Shown piece after piece: positions 50,469 through 59,034 of a DNA stretch of 59,034 bases. The number at the start of each line of letters is the position of its first letter. The first letter of the stretch is position 1. Source of the DNA: Candidatus Limnocylindria bacterium. GTDB taxonomy: Bacteria; Chloroflexota; Limnocylindria; P2-11E. The notes below the pieces were generated by a model. That model had not been told where the DNA came from. It saw only the letters and a list, made by a program, of their open reading frames with translations, and ran no database searches. The translations under genes and the position numbers were made by a program. The DNA is taken from assembly GCA_041493915.1 (NCBI GenBank), contig JBGPZT010000003.1, positions 1 through 59,034 on the forward strand. Direction: 5' to 3'.

Positions 50469-50564
50469 GAGAGTGCGAGGCATCCGGTGATGTCCTCGGT
50501 CTTCAAAACCGCTGACGGGGCGCTTGCGTTCCGTGGTGGGTTCGACTCCCATGCACTCTCGCCA
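50469..50564 (+). tRNA. selC: tRNA-Sec (anticodon TCA)
   Basis: 8-bp acceptor GAGAGTGC/GCACTCTC, 6-bp D stem, CTTCAAA loop, long variable arm, 5-bp T stem with TTCGACT, G-CCA end. Confidence 0.93.
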
Positions 50565-50581
50565 TCTTCATCCGCGCAGTC

Positions 50582-52384
50582 TCACGGACGGACCAGCTCG
50601 AGGGCAGTGACGCCGATCAGGAACAGCACGTACGCGGCAAGCGGCGCGAGAACGAGCCGTCGCCGCGGGCCGCGGAGGCCGAGGACCCTCATCGCGAGCG
50701 CCAACAGCAGCATGACGATGCTCGCGAGCGGCATGCCGTAGCCGAGGACGAGGTACACGACGTTCCCCAGGGACGTGTCGACGCGTTCCGTCGCGACCGC
50801 GTGGAGCGCCGCCGCGCGCCGGACCTCGGCCTGCGGGTCGACGCGCACCGCCGGCCCGGCGGGGGCAGGCGAGACGCTAATGTCGGGCATGCTCGGCTGG
50901 GCCGGCGTCGCTGGCGTGTCACGCGGCTCGCCGTGCGGATAGCGCCCCAGGACCGTCGCCCGCACAAGGCGCCCGAGCCCGGCGAGCGAGAGCGCGACAT
51001 CGCCGCCACCGAGCGCGCTCAGTGCCGAACCGCAGTCGTACACCTCCTGCAGCAGCGGCGGCAGCTGGCTTCCGGCCGTGTTCGCCTCGAAGCAGTTACC
51101 GCCGGCCGCAGGCGCACCGAGCGCGAGGTCCGCGAGGCCTGAGCCGCTAACGACGTTGTCATGCACGCGATTGCGTTCCGGGAACCACACGTTCTTATCG
51201 AGGACGAACGACACGGCGATGCCGACGTTGGCGTGACCTTCGACGCGGTTGTACGCGATCTCGTTGTCGCGGCCGCCGAGCACGATGATGCCGGAGCCGA
51301 AGAATGCGAACTCGTCGTCCTTCGCCGGCGCGCTGCGGTTGTTGTTGTCGTGGACCCAGTTGTTCACGACCGTCTGTCCGCGCTCCGGCGGCAGTGCCTC
51401 GGCGTCGAGCGTGTTCGGCACGATGCCGGACATGTTGTCCGACCACTCGGAGTCGCGGATCACCAGGTTGCCGCTCGCGTTCGTGGCTGAGAAGCCGATG
51501 GCGTTGAAGCGCGCGATCACGTCGGTGACAAGCGCGTTGCAGGGATCGCACTGACCGATGTAGAAACCCGAATCAGGGCTTCCGCTCGCGTATGAATGAT
51601 CGAACTGCCCGACGCCCGAGTCGAACGCGTAGATCCCGTAATCGCCATTGCCCTCCGCGGTGAGATAGCTTCCGCGATAGCCCCAGACGCTACGCCAGTA
51701 GAAGCCGTTCAACGGGTAGTGGCGCGCGGTCATGTTCTCGAGCACGACGCCATCCGCGCCGAAGACCGCGATACCGTTCGCGAGCTCGGGATCGAACGCG
51801 CCGTCGAGCACGACGCGGTTGCGATCCTCCCCACGGATCGTGAGATGCGACGTCGTCACGATCACCGACTCGTGGTAGGTACCCGCCGAGACAAGCACGG
51901 TGTCGCCCGGCTTCGCGGCGTCCACGGCGGACTGGATCGACGCGAAATCTCGGGGCACGTGGATCGTTCGCCCACCGCTCGGACGGACGGGCGGGTCCGC
52001 CGGGTAGGTGTGGCTCGCGCTGGTGGTCGCGACATCCTCGGGCGCGACGCCGACGTACACGCCGCCGGACATGCCGGCATGCGGACTTCCATGAAGCGAG
52101 CAGAAGAAGTCGAAGCGGCCGACCTTGGGAAACGTCACCGTGAAGCTGTCGCCGGTCTGCAGGATCTTCGAGCGGAACGTCCCATCGGTCGCGACGACGT
52201 TGTGCGGGTTGCGCCCGCGATTCACCCACCTGACCGAATCGCCGGGCTCGATCCGCACGATCGCTGGCTCGAAGGTGTCGTCGCGCATCTCGACGACGAC
52301 GACGGCTGCGCTCCGGGGCGCGCTCGGCGCCATAGCGGACAGGAGGAGGAACGCTGCGGGGAAGACCATGAACGCCCGATGCAC
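50582..52384 (-). CDS. Cupredoxin plus right-handed beta-helix (NosD-like) protein with C-terminal TM anchor
   Basis: PHNV...FCSLHG..GM; IQSAVDAA.PGD; Asn-ladder repeats; start uncertain. Confidence 0.82.
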   Translation of the reverse strand: MHRAFMVFPAAFLLLSAMAPSAPRSAAVVVVEMRDDTFEPAIVRIEPGDSVRWVNRGRNPHNVVATDGTFRSKILQTGDSFTVTFPKVGRFDFFCSLHGSPHAGMSGGVYVGVAPEDVATTSASHTYPADPPVRPSGGRTIHVPRDFASIQSAVDAAKPGDTVLVSAGTYHESVIVTTSHLTIRGEDRNRVVLDGAFDPELANGIAVFGADGVVLENMTARHYPLNGFYWRSVWGYRGSYLTAEGNGDYGIYAFDSGVGQFDHSYASGSPDSGFYIGQCDPCNALVTDVIARFNAIGFSATNASGNLVIRDSEWSDNMSGIVPNTLDAEALPPERGQTVVNNWVHDNNNRSAPAKDDEFAFFGSGIIVLGGRDNEIAYNRVEGHANVGIAVSFVLDKNVWFPERNRVHDNVVSGSGLADLALGAPAAGGNCFEANTAGSQLPPLLQEVYDCGSALSALGGGDVALSLAGLGRLVRATVLGRYPHGEPRDTPATPAQPSMPDISVSPAPAGPAVRVDPQAEVRRAAALHAVATERVDTSLGNVVYLVLGYGMPLASIVMLLLALAMRVLGLRGPRRRLVLAPLAAYVLFLIGVTALELVRP

Positions 52385-52445
52385 GGCGCCCGCATGGTAG
52401 CCCGGCGGCTTCTGCCATACGTCACACCTAAACTTCGCACTCATC

Positions 52446-53648
52446 TTGAGCAACGCGCGTGTCGTCCTCATCACCGCCGGCGCGCTCGTGGACGGCAGTG
52501 GCGGGGCGCCGCTGCGTCCGGGCGCGGTGCTCATCGAAGGTGACCGCATCCGCGCTGTCGGTTCCCGCATCGACGCCCCAGCGGATGCCGAGCGACTCCA
52601 CTTTCCGAATGCGACGATCACTCCGGGTCTGATCGACTGCCACGTCCATCTCTCGGACGCGGGACTCGCCGACGCTTCCGTACAGGACGGTGACCCGTCG
52701 GGGCTCCGCGTCCTCCGCATGGCGGACCATGCCCGGCGCACGCTCCTCGCCGGATTCACCACCGTCCGCGATCTCGGAGGGCGCGACCACCTCGAGTTCG
52801 CGCTGCGGCGCGCGGCACGAGAAGGCCTGATCCGCACGCCGCGCCTGGTCCTCGCCGGCAAGATCGTTTCGATGACGACTGCTGGGGCGTCCTCGTGGCC
52901 GGGCATGTACCGGCAGGCCGATGGCGTGCCTGAGGTCGTCAAGGCCATCCGCGAGCAGGTCGCGGCGGGCGCCGATGTCATCAAGATCATGGCGACCGGC
53001 GCGGTGCTCTCACCGGGTCACGAGCGGCCCAACTCGGCGCAGTTCACGCGCGAGGAGCTGAAGGCGGCCGTCGAGACGGCGCACGCGATGGGTCTACGGG
53101 TCGCGGCCCACGCGCACGGCATCAGCGGCATCGCGCGAGCGGTCGAGGCCGGCGTCGACACGATCGAACACGGCACTCACCTTCACGAGGACCGAGGCGT
53201 CGCCAAGGAGATGGCCGCGCGCGGTGTGTTCCTCGTGCCGACGCTGAAGGCGCTTGCGGGGATCGCGGATCCCGAAGGCCCCGGCGTTCCCGAGGACATG
53301 CGTGCCAAGGCGCACGATCGCCGGTCGGATCGCGACCATACGTTCCGTCTCGCGCTCGAGGTGGGTGTGCCGATCGCCATGGGCACCGACGCGGCGACGC
53401 CGTTCAACCGTCACGGCGAGAACGCGCAGGAGCTGGAGCTGATGGTCTCGCTGGGCATGAGCCCCCTCGCGGCGATCGCGGCCTCGAGCGGTGTCGCGGC
53501 TCGCGCGCTCGGCCGCGACGACGTGGGCGTGCTCGCACCCGGAAGGCTCGCGGACCTCTCGGTCTGGGATGGCAGGCCGGACGAGGACATCCGGGTGCTG
53601 CAGCGTGCACCTCGCGTGGTGTTCCTTGGCGGCGAGCGGATCGTGTGA
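52446..53648 (+). CDS. Amidohydrolase family protein
   Basis: PGLIDCHVH, GADVIK, AHAHG, IEHG, MGTDA. Confidence 0.92.
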   Translation: MSNARVVLITAGALVDGSGGAPLRPGAVLIEGDRIRAVGSRIDAPADAERLHFPNATITPGLIDCHVHLSDAGLADASVQDGDPSGLRVLRMADHARRTLLAGFTTVRDLGGRDHLEFALRRAAREGLIRTPRLVLAGKIVSMTTAGASSWPGMYRQADGVPEVVKAIREQVAAGADVIKIMATGAVLSPGHERPNSAQFTREELKAAVETAHAMGLRVAAHAHGISGIARAVEAGVDTIEHGTHLHEDRGVAKEMAARGVFLVPTLKALAGIADPEGPGVPEDMRAKAHDRRSDRDHTFRLALEVGVPIAMGTDAATPFNRHGENAQELELMVSLGMSPLAAIAASSGVAARALGRDDVGVLAPGRLADLSVWDGRPDEDIRVLQRAPRVVFLGGERIV

Positions 53649-53697
53649 CCGCGAGAACAGCAGCGGGCGCGCCCGACGCGCACACTGGTGCGGCAGG

Positions 53698-55035
53698 ATG
53701 ACGTCGAAGGAACGGCTTGCGCCCGCCCTCGCGACCGAGGGCGGGCTCGACGAGGCGAGCGCCGCTGAGCCCGGCCGCACCTCGACCCTGGCGGCCCTCG
53801 AGTTCCGCGATTTCCGGCTGTTCTGGTTCGGCCTCGTCGTCTCGAACATCGGGTCGTGGATGCAGATCTACGGCCTCGGGTGGCTGGTGGTGCAGCTCGC
53901 GATCCGCGACGGCGTCCCGCAGCTCGCCCCGTTCTACCTCGGTCTCGTCGGTCTGGCGCGGGCGATCCCCGGCCTCACCTTCGGTCTCTTCGGCGGCGCC
54001 GTCGCCGACCGCGCCGACCGGCGCCGCCTCCTCATCGTCACGCAGGCCTCGGCTGCGGTCGTCGCGTTCGTCCTCGCGCTCCTCACGATCACCGAACACA
54101 TCAACATCGTCGAGATCGTTCTCATCAGCGCGATGAACTCGATCATCTTCTCGTTCGACGCGCCGACGCGTCAGGCGATGGTGCCGCGCCTCGTGACCGA
54201 CAAAGAGCTCATGAGCGCGATCGGCCTGAACTCAGCGGCCTTCAACGGCGCGACGCTCATCGGGCCGCTCATCGGCGGCGTGCTCATCATCCCGTTCGGT
54301 GTCGGCGGTCTCATGCTCATCAACGCGATCTCGTACCTCGCCGTCGTCGCGGCGCTCCTGGTGATCTCGCCACAGCCGAGTGACGCGCGCCGTCGGCTTC
54401 CCATGCTCGAATCGATCCGCGAGGGACTCGCCTACATCCGGCGCGACCCGGTCCTGCGCTGGGTGGTGCTCCTCGCGGTCGCGACCGCGCTGTTCACGCG
54501 CCCGTACATCCAGCTTCTTCCCGCGGAGGCGCAGTTCCTCGGCGTCGGGGCGCTCGAGCTCTCGTGGCTCCTCGCCGCGTCCGGGGCGGGAGCGCTCGGC
54601 GGCGCGCTCGTGACGGCGTCCCTCGGCGGCTGGAAGCGACGCGGGGCGCTTCTCGTCGGGAGCGCGCTCGCGCACGGCCTCCTGCTCGCGGTGTTCGCGC
54701 AGCAACGCTCGGTCATCGGCGCGATGGTGTTCATCGGGCTCACGAGCTTCGCGGTGATGGTGTTCCTCGGGATGGCGAACACACTGATGCAGACGCGTAC
54801 GCCCGATCATCTCCGCGGCCGCGCGATGAGCGTGCACACCATGGTCTTCATGGGCTTCATGCCGCTCGGCCAGATGCTGCTCGGTTCGCTCGGCACGGTC
54901 GCCGGGATCAACACCGCGTTCCTCGCGGGCGGCATCGTCGTGGTGCTTGTGTCGACATTCGCGCTGCTCCGTGCGCCGTCGCTGCGCGGCGCCCTGGCGA
55001 CGGCGCATCCGCGAGTGATCGCGCGCTCCGGGTGA
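53698..55035 (+). CDS. MFS transporter
   Basis: RDFRLFW, GAVADRADRRRL, 12 TM. Confidence 0.9.
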   Translation: MTSKERLAPALATEGGLDEASAAEPGRTSTLAALEFRDFRLFWFGLVVSNIGSWMQIYGLGWLVVQLAIRDGVPQLAPFYLGLVGLARAIPGLTFGLFGGAVADRADRRRLLIVTQASAAVVAFVLALLTITEHINIVEIVLISAMNSIIFSFDAPTRQAMVPRLVTDKELMSAIGLNSAAFNGATLIGPLIGGVLIIPFGVGGLMLINAISYLAVVAALLVISPQPSDARRRLPMLESIREGLAYIRRDPVLRWVVLLAVATALFTRPYIQLLPAEAQFLGVGALELSWLLAASGAGALGGALVTASLGGWKRRGALLVGSALAHGLLLAVFAQQRSVIGAMVFIGLTSFAVMVFLGMANTLMQTRTPDHLRGRAMSVHTMVFMGFMPLGQMLLGSLGTVAGINTAFLAGGIVVVLVSTFALLRAPSLRGALATAHPRVIARSG

Positions 55036-55106
55036 TCGCAGTTGAGGCGCTGTGTAACGAGGGTGCTTAGGCGTAATGAACGTGGCCTTGTCGTAGATAA
55101 ATTGTC

Positions 55107-55136
55107 TTGACACCGCCGCAACAGCGGGCGTACCGT
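55107..55136 (+). promoter_or_regulatory. Sigma70-type promoter
   Basis: TTGACA-N18-TACCGT with AT-rich upstream sequence. Confidence 0.6.
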
Positions 55137-55214
55137 CCCGCGGTCTCGCTGCGGTGAGGGAAGTGCACGGCACCGAAACACCTCCAGTGGGACGCGCGGT
55201 TGTGGAGGAAGGGC

Positions 55215-56129
55215 ATGCCTGGTCAGCTTGTTGTCAGCGTGGTCGTGTACTTGCTTGCTGTCGCCGCGATCTCCATCCTCGTGGTGTAACGACCGAGTGG
55301 CGGTTCACGGCGGTGGCGCCCGGCTCGACTACGCACACGGATCGTCGTCGGCGCCGCCATGTTCCTCGTCCTCCTCCCCGCGGTGTTGCCCGCGTTCCCA
55401 CCGGGACCGTTGAGTTGGCTGGCGCCGAGGCAGGCCAACGCCGGCGAGCTGCTCAATAGTCCCGAGTACGCCGGTGCCACCGTGCTGCCGAACGGAGAGG
55501 CCGCCCTGATCTTCGTCAACGACATGGGCGCTGGCCTGGCCGAGACCCGCTTCAAGGCGTACTTCACCGAACACGGCATGAACCCGTCGCAGCAGCTATC
55601 GACCTCCTCCGCGTCCTACCCGCAGATCGCGACCTTCCAAGGCAAGGTCGTCGCGGCCTACGTCGACAACCGCGGCGGCCCGAACCAGTACCAGCTGCTC
55701 GTCCGGACCAGCGCTGACAACGGCGCCACCTGGGGCACCGAGTTCGCGCCCTTCGGCGCCGAGACGTTCGATGGGGGCAACAGCGCGCCGCTGCTCGTCA
55801 CCTCGCGCAGCGGCAACACGCTCTACTTCTTCAACTGCTGCGTGTCGAGTCTCCCGCAGTACCGCTCGACGACGGACCCGACGCTCGTCACGTGGACGAG
55901 CCCGGCACCTGCCGGCGATGCCTCGATGCGGGCGGTGTCCGGCAACAACTGCGGAAACGCGGGCGCCGAGTGCTACCGCGCGCACACCTTCGAGTTCACC
56001 GAGACCGCAACTGCGGGGCAGTGGGTATACATCGCCAAGTCGGACTCCGGGTGGGGTCAGAGCGGCCGCGGTACCCAGGTCGGGACGCTCGGCGGCGCGT
56101 GGAGCACGCAGGTCGATCTATCGAGGTGA
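55215..56129 (+). pseudogene. N-terminal part of a large secreted BNR/Asp-box protein; in-frame TAA and 3' truncation
   Basis: GGAGG RBS and ATG 55215 are in frame with ORF 55359, but TAA at 55287; SADNGATW Asp-box. Confidence 0.6.
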
Positions 56130-56541
56130 CAACCGTGGGCCAGACGCGCACGGCGGAACCAGCCGCGTTGAATTCGGTATCGACGAGGGGGGCGACATCG
56201 TGACCGCTCACTCCGACGAGTCGGTGCGCGAGGATTACAGCGAACGCGCGCGAGCTCACCCCGTTTGCCTTGGTGGCGGCGGTACGTACTACTGCCAAGC
56301 CACGAACCCGATGGAGAGGAATTTCCCCGTGCTCGGCTACTTCGTTCCACCGATTGAATTCACGGTCAAGCTGGATGGGGACGGCGTCAACGTGCACGGT
56401 CGTGCGTTCCCGTCGTACGAAGTCTGGCGTTACAACGGTGATGGCAGCGAAGACCTCCTATACGGCTACAACGGGATGGCGAATCCGTTCGGCCCGTACG
56501 GCCTCTTCTTCACGATCGATGCGCCGAACCTACTGGAGTAG
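56119..56541 (+). pseudogene. Orphan C-terminal toxin-like domain fragment (DUF3238-like)
   Basis: YRGDNRG..SR...PPIEF...FPSYE; no own start; out of frame with the upstream gene. Confidence 0.5.
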
Positions 56542-56543
56542 CG

Positions 56544-57008
56544 ATGAGAACGGACTTCGGATCTGCGGTCGAGTTGCGATCTTGGAGTGCCAGATTGAAG
56601 GTGCTTCGTGCGGCACTTTCATTCGTTCTGTTCTTTGTACTGACAACAAGTTGCTTTCCGACAGAATCGCGCCATCGCGAACTTTGGCGCATTCCCGACG
56701 GCTATCAAGGCTGGATCTACTCAAGGTGGAACGCTCAAGAGTGCAAGATGTTTCCCAGCCAAGGCGAGTTCTTGGTCATAGACGTTCCTCCGTCGGGCAT
56801 TGTGTGTACGTCGACTCCGCTGGAAGAGGGCGCCGCGAGAGATCGCTTCGTCTACGTTTCGCTCGAAGCAAAGGAGACTGAAATTCCGACGTCGCGCGCG
56901 CATACACGAATCTTCGAGAAAGGAAACAACGATCTATTCGTCTTCATCGGCTCGGAGGAGGACTTCGGCCGCGTGCGTCCAAGTCCGCCGGCGAGGTACG
57001 GTCCCTAG
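56544..57008 (+). CDS. Putative immunity lipoprotein (DUF6843-like)
   Basis: Lower GC; LTTSC lipobox; IPDGYQGW...VPPSGI..TS. Confidence 0.6.
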   Translation: MRTDFGSAVELRSWSARLKVLRAALSFVLFFVLTTSCFPTESRHRELWRIPDGYQGWIYSRWNAQECKMFPSQGEFLVIDVPPSGIVCTSTPLEEGAARDRFVYVSLEAKETEIPTSRAHTRIFEKGNNDLFVFIGSEEDFGRVRPSPPARYGP

Positions 57009-57322
57009 AGGGCCGCATGGCCACGCGGGTCAACGTCTAGGTGAACTGCCAGCAGGTGTTGGGCGTTTCTTGCTGGCTCGATCGGGGACGCAAACCGTCG
57101 CACATGCGCTCGACGTCCGAGTAGTTCCCGGTGCTATTCCGGCGACGATCGGTTCGCAGTAACGCGGCCATTCTGCAGAACTCCACGTGCGCACAATGGA
57201 ATGGCGCAACACACTCGTGGCAGGCGTGTTGGGCTGCAGGAACGAGTGAGCGCGGTCGTCCTCTGTGAAAGAGGCCGCACCTACCCTAGTTATCGAAAGG
57301 ACTTAGCCATCGACGCGCGGCC

Positions 57323-59034
57323 GTGCAGGACCACCCCGCGATCGCGCTCGGCGGCGAGACCCCCAACCCAGCCAGCTACCTCATCTGGGATGACCAGCGC
57401 GACGGCGCCACCAACTCGAACATCTACTTCGCGAGACGCGACCCGCTGAGCGGCGCCTGGAGCGCCAACGTCAAGGTGAACACCGACAGCACCACGCGCA
57501 ACCAGGCCAACCCGGCGATCGCGACCGACAGCGCCAACAACGCCTACGCCGTCTGGGACGACTTCCGCGCGGCGACGAACAACCAGGACATCTACTACTC
57601 CAAGCGCTCAGCCGGCCCGGGCACGTGGAGCACGCCCAACCTCAAGGTCAACGACGACGCCGCCAACGTGGCGCAGCGCAACCCACGCATCGCCGGCACC
57701 GCCGCGGGTATCGAGACCGCGGTCTGGGTGGACCTGCGCTCCGGCCAGAACAACATCTACGCCTCGACGCTGGCCGCCGGCGGATCGGCCTGGGCCGCCA
57801 ACAAGCGCGTCACCGACAACACCGCCGCGGTCAAAGACTTCCCGGACGTGGCGGTCGGCGCGGACGGGACGAGCTACGCCGTCTGGCAGGACTCGCGCAA
57901 CGGCAACGCCGATGTCTTCTTCAGCTCGCTCGCCTCGGGCGGATCGGCCTGGGCCGCGAACGTGAAGATCAGCGACGACGTCGGCACCGCCGCGCAGACC
58001 AAGCCGCGCATCGGCGTCGACTCCGCCGGCAACCTCGTCGCGGCCTGGATCGACGCGCGCACCAGCCCGGCGCACGTGCGCGTGGCACGCAAACCTGCGG
58101 CCGGCGCCTGGTCCGCCTCGCTCGACATCACACCGTCCCCTGCCAACGTGCAGTCGCTCGCGCTCTCCGTCCGTCCCGACGGCTTCGCTTGGGCGGTGTG
58201 GGGTGACACCCGCGCTGGCGCATCGAACCAGGACGTCTGGGGCTCGCGGTACGACCCCGCGCTCAACACCTGGTCCACGCCGGTGCGTCTGGACGACGAC
58301 CCCGGGACCACGACCAACCAGCTGAGCTCGGCCGTGGCCTTCGGCCCGGCCGAGGTGATGCTCGCCTGGCGCGACAACCGGCTGAGCGCCAACGGCAACA
58401 CCCAGGCCCGCCGCGTCCAGGTCATCGCCGGCATGACCGACCACTTCGCACTGTCCTATGACGGACTGAACCGACTGAAGAGCGTGAGCGGCCCCGTCGC
58501 CGAGAGCTTCACGCTCGATGGTCCGTCGAACGTGACGAGCCGCAGCGGCACCACCGAGACCTACGACAAGGCCAACCGCCTGACCGACGACGGCGCGACG
58601 CACAACGTCTGGTCCGACGCCGACCGCCTCACCAGCCGCGGCACCGACACCTTCATCTACGACGCGCTGGACCGGATGACCAGCTCGAACGTCGGCGGCA
58701 CCGCACGCAGCTACGCGTACAACGGCGACGGCCTGCTGCAGACGCGCACGGGAGGGGTGGCAGCGAGCTTCCTATGGGACCCGTCGACGGCCCTGCAGCG
58801 CGAAGTCACGCAAGGCAACGACAACATCATCTATGGCCTCGGACCGCTGTATGTGGTGAAGGCCGACGCCACGACCCTCACGTTCGCGCGCGACGGCAGC
58901 AAGAGCGTCCGTGCCGAGCTCAACTCGAGCGGCGGGGTGACCGCATCATTTCGCTATCGAGCCTATGGACAGACTGTGCAGACGTCCTCGCCTGCGCCCG
59001 GATACTTCGGCTATGTCGGGCAGTTGGTCGACCC
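57323..59034 (+). CDS. RHS/YD-repeat protein fragment with beta-propeller, runs off window
   Basis: Frame open from 57290; repeated P-x-x-A..VW.D.R....DI/VY blades, then YDGLNRL, YDALDRM, YNGDG, YRAYG, FGYVGQLVD; no clear RBS. Confidence 0.8.
   Translation, partial: MQDHPAIALGGETPNPASYLIWDDQRDGATNSNIYFARRDPLSGAWSANVKVNTDSTTRNQANPAIATDSANNAYAVWDDFRAATNNQDIYYSKRSAGPGTWSTPNLKVNDDAANVAQRNPRIAGTAAGIETAVWVDLRSGQNNIYASTLAAGGSAWAANKRVTDNTAAVKDFPDVAVGADGTSYAVWQDSRNGNADVFFSSLASGGSAWAANVKISDDVGTAAQTKPRIGVDSAGNLVAAWIDARTSPAHVRVARKPAAGAWSASLDITPSPANVQSLALSVRPDGFAWAVWGDTRAGASNQDVWGSRYDPALNTWSTPVRLDDDPGTTTNQLSSAVAFGPAEVMLAWRDNRLSANGNTQARRVQVIAGMTDHFALSYDGLNRLKSVSGPVAESFTLDGPSNVTSRSGTTETYDKANRLTDDGATHNVWSDADRLTSRGTDTFIYDALDRMTSSNVGGTARSYAYNGDGLLQTRTGGVAASFLWDPSTALQREVTQGNDNIIYGLGPLYVVKADATTLTFARDGSKSVRAELNSSGGVTASFRYRAYGQTVQTSSPAPGYFGYVGQLVD

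Noticed and set aside
57080-57100. GGGACGCAAA resembling a c-di-GMP-I riboswitch
   Set aside because: No upstream GGCAAA/GAAA-loop stem
414-58603. Many long antisense or alternate-frame ORFs (e.g. 2108-3907, 22594-24576, 46543-49206, 57608-58603)
   Set aside because: Shadow ORFs of high-GC genes; Arg/Ala-rich with no motifs
1-59034. CRISPR array, integrase or transposase
   Set aside because: No repeat-spacer pattern and no recognisable recombinase or transposase motifs

Overview
High-GC bacterial window; gene content suggests Chloroflexota (inference). 1-11.8 kb: housekeeping-like genes, including a SPOR/beta-propeller lipoprotein, a degenerate DNA-methyltransferase-like protein, trxA, F420-type oxidoreductases and an MFS. 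About 11.9-50.4 kb: a large copper/envelope-stress island ending just upstream of a tRNA-Sec gene. It holds 3 P1B ATPases, CsoR, two two-component systems, about 7 cupredoxins (one a pseudogene), YHS proteins, three SHOCT+cupredoxin modules, an orphan cytochrome b operon and a YHS-fused ABC exporter. The main non-coding signal is a TCTCAG-like hexamer repeated at an exact 11-bp period in front of eight island transcription-start regions, three of them as mirror-image 4+4 arrays. It matches the mycobacterial MprA box, and the island encodes an MprA-like regulator. A tRNA-Ser-like 5' half-fragment with adjacent tandem repeats at about 12.75-12.85 kb looks like an att remnant. 55-59 kb: a decaying RHS polymorphic-toxin locus running off the window end. 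All family assignments come from motif recognition by eye, without database searches.
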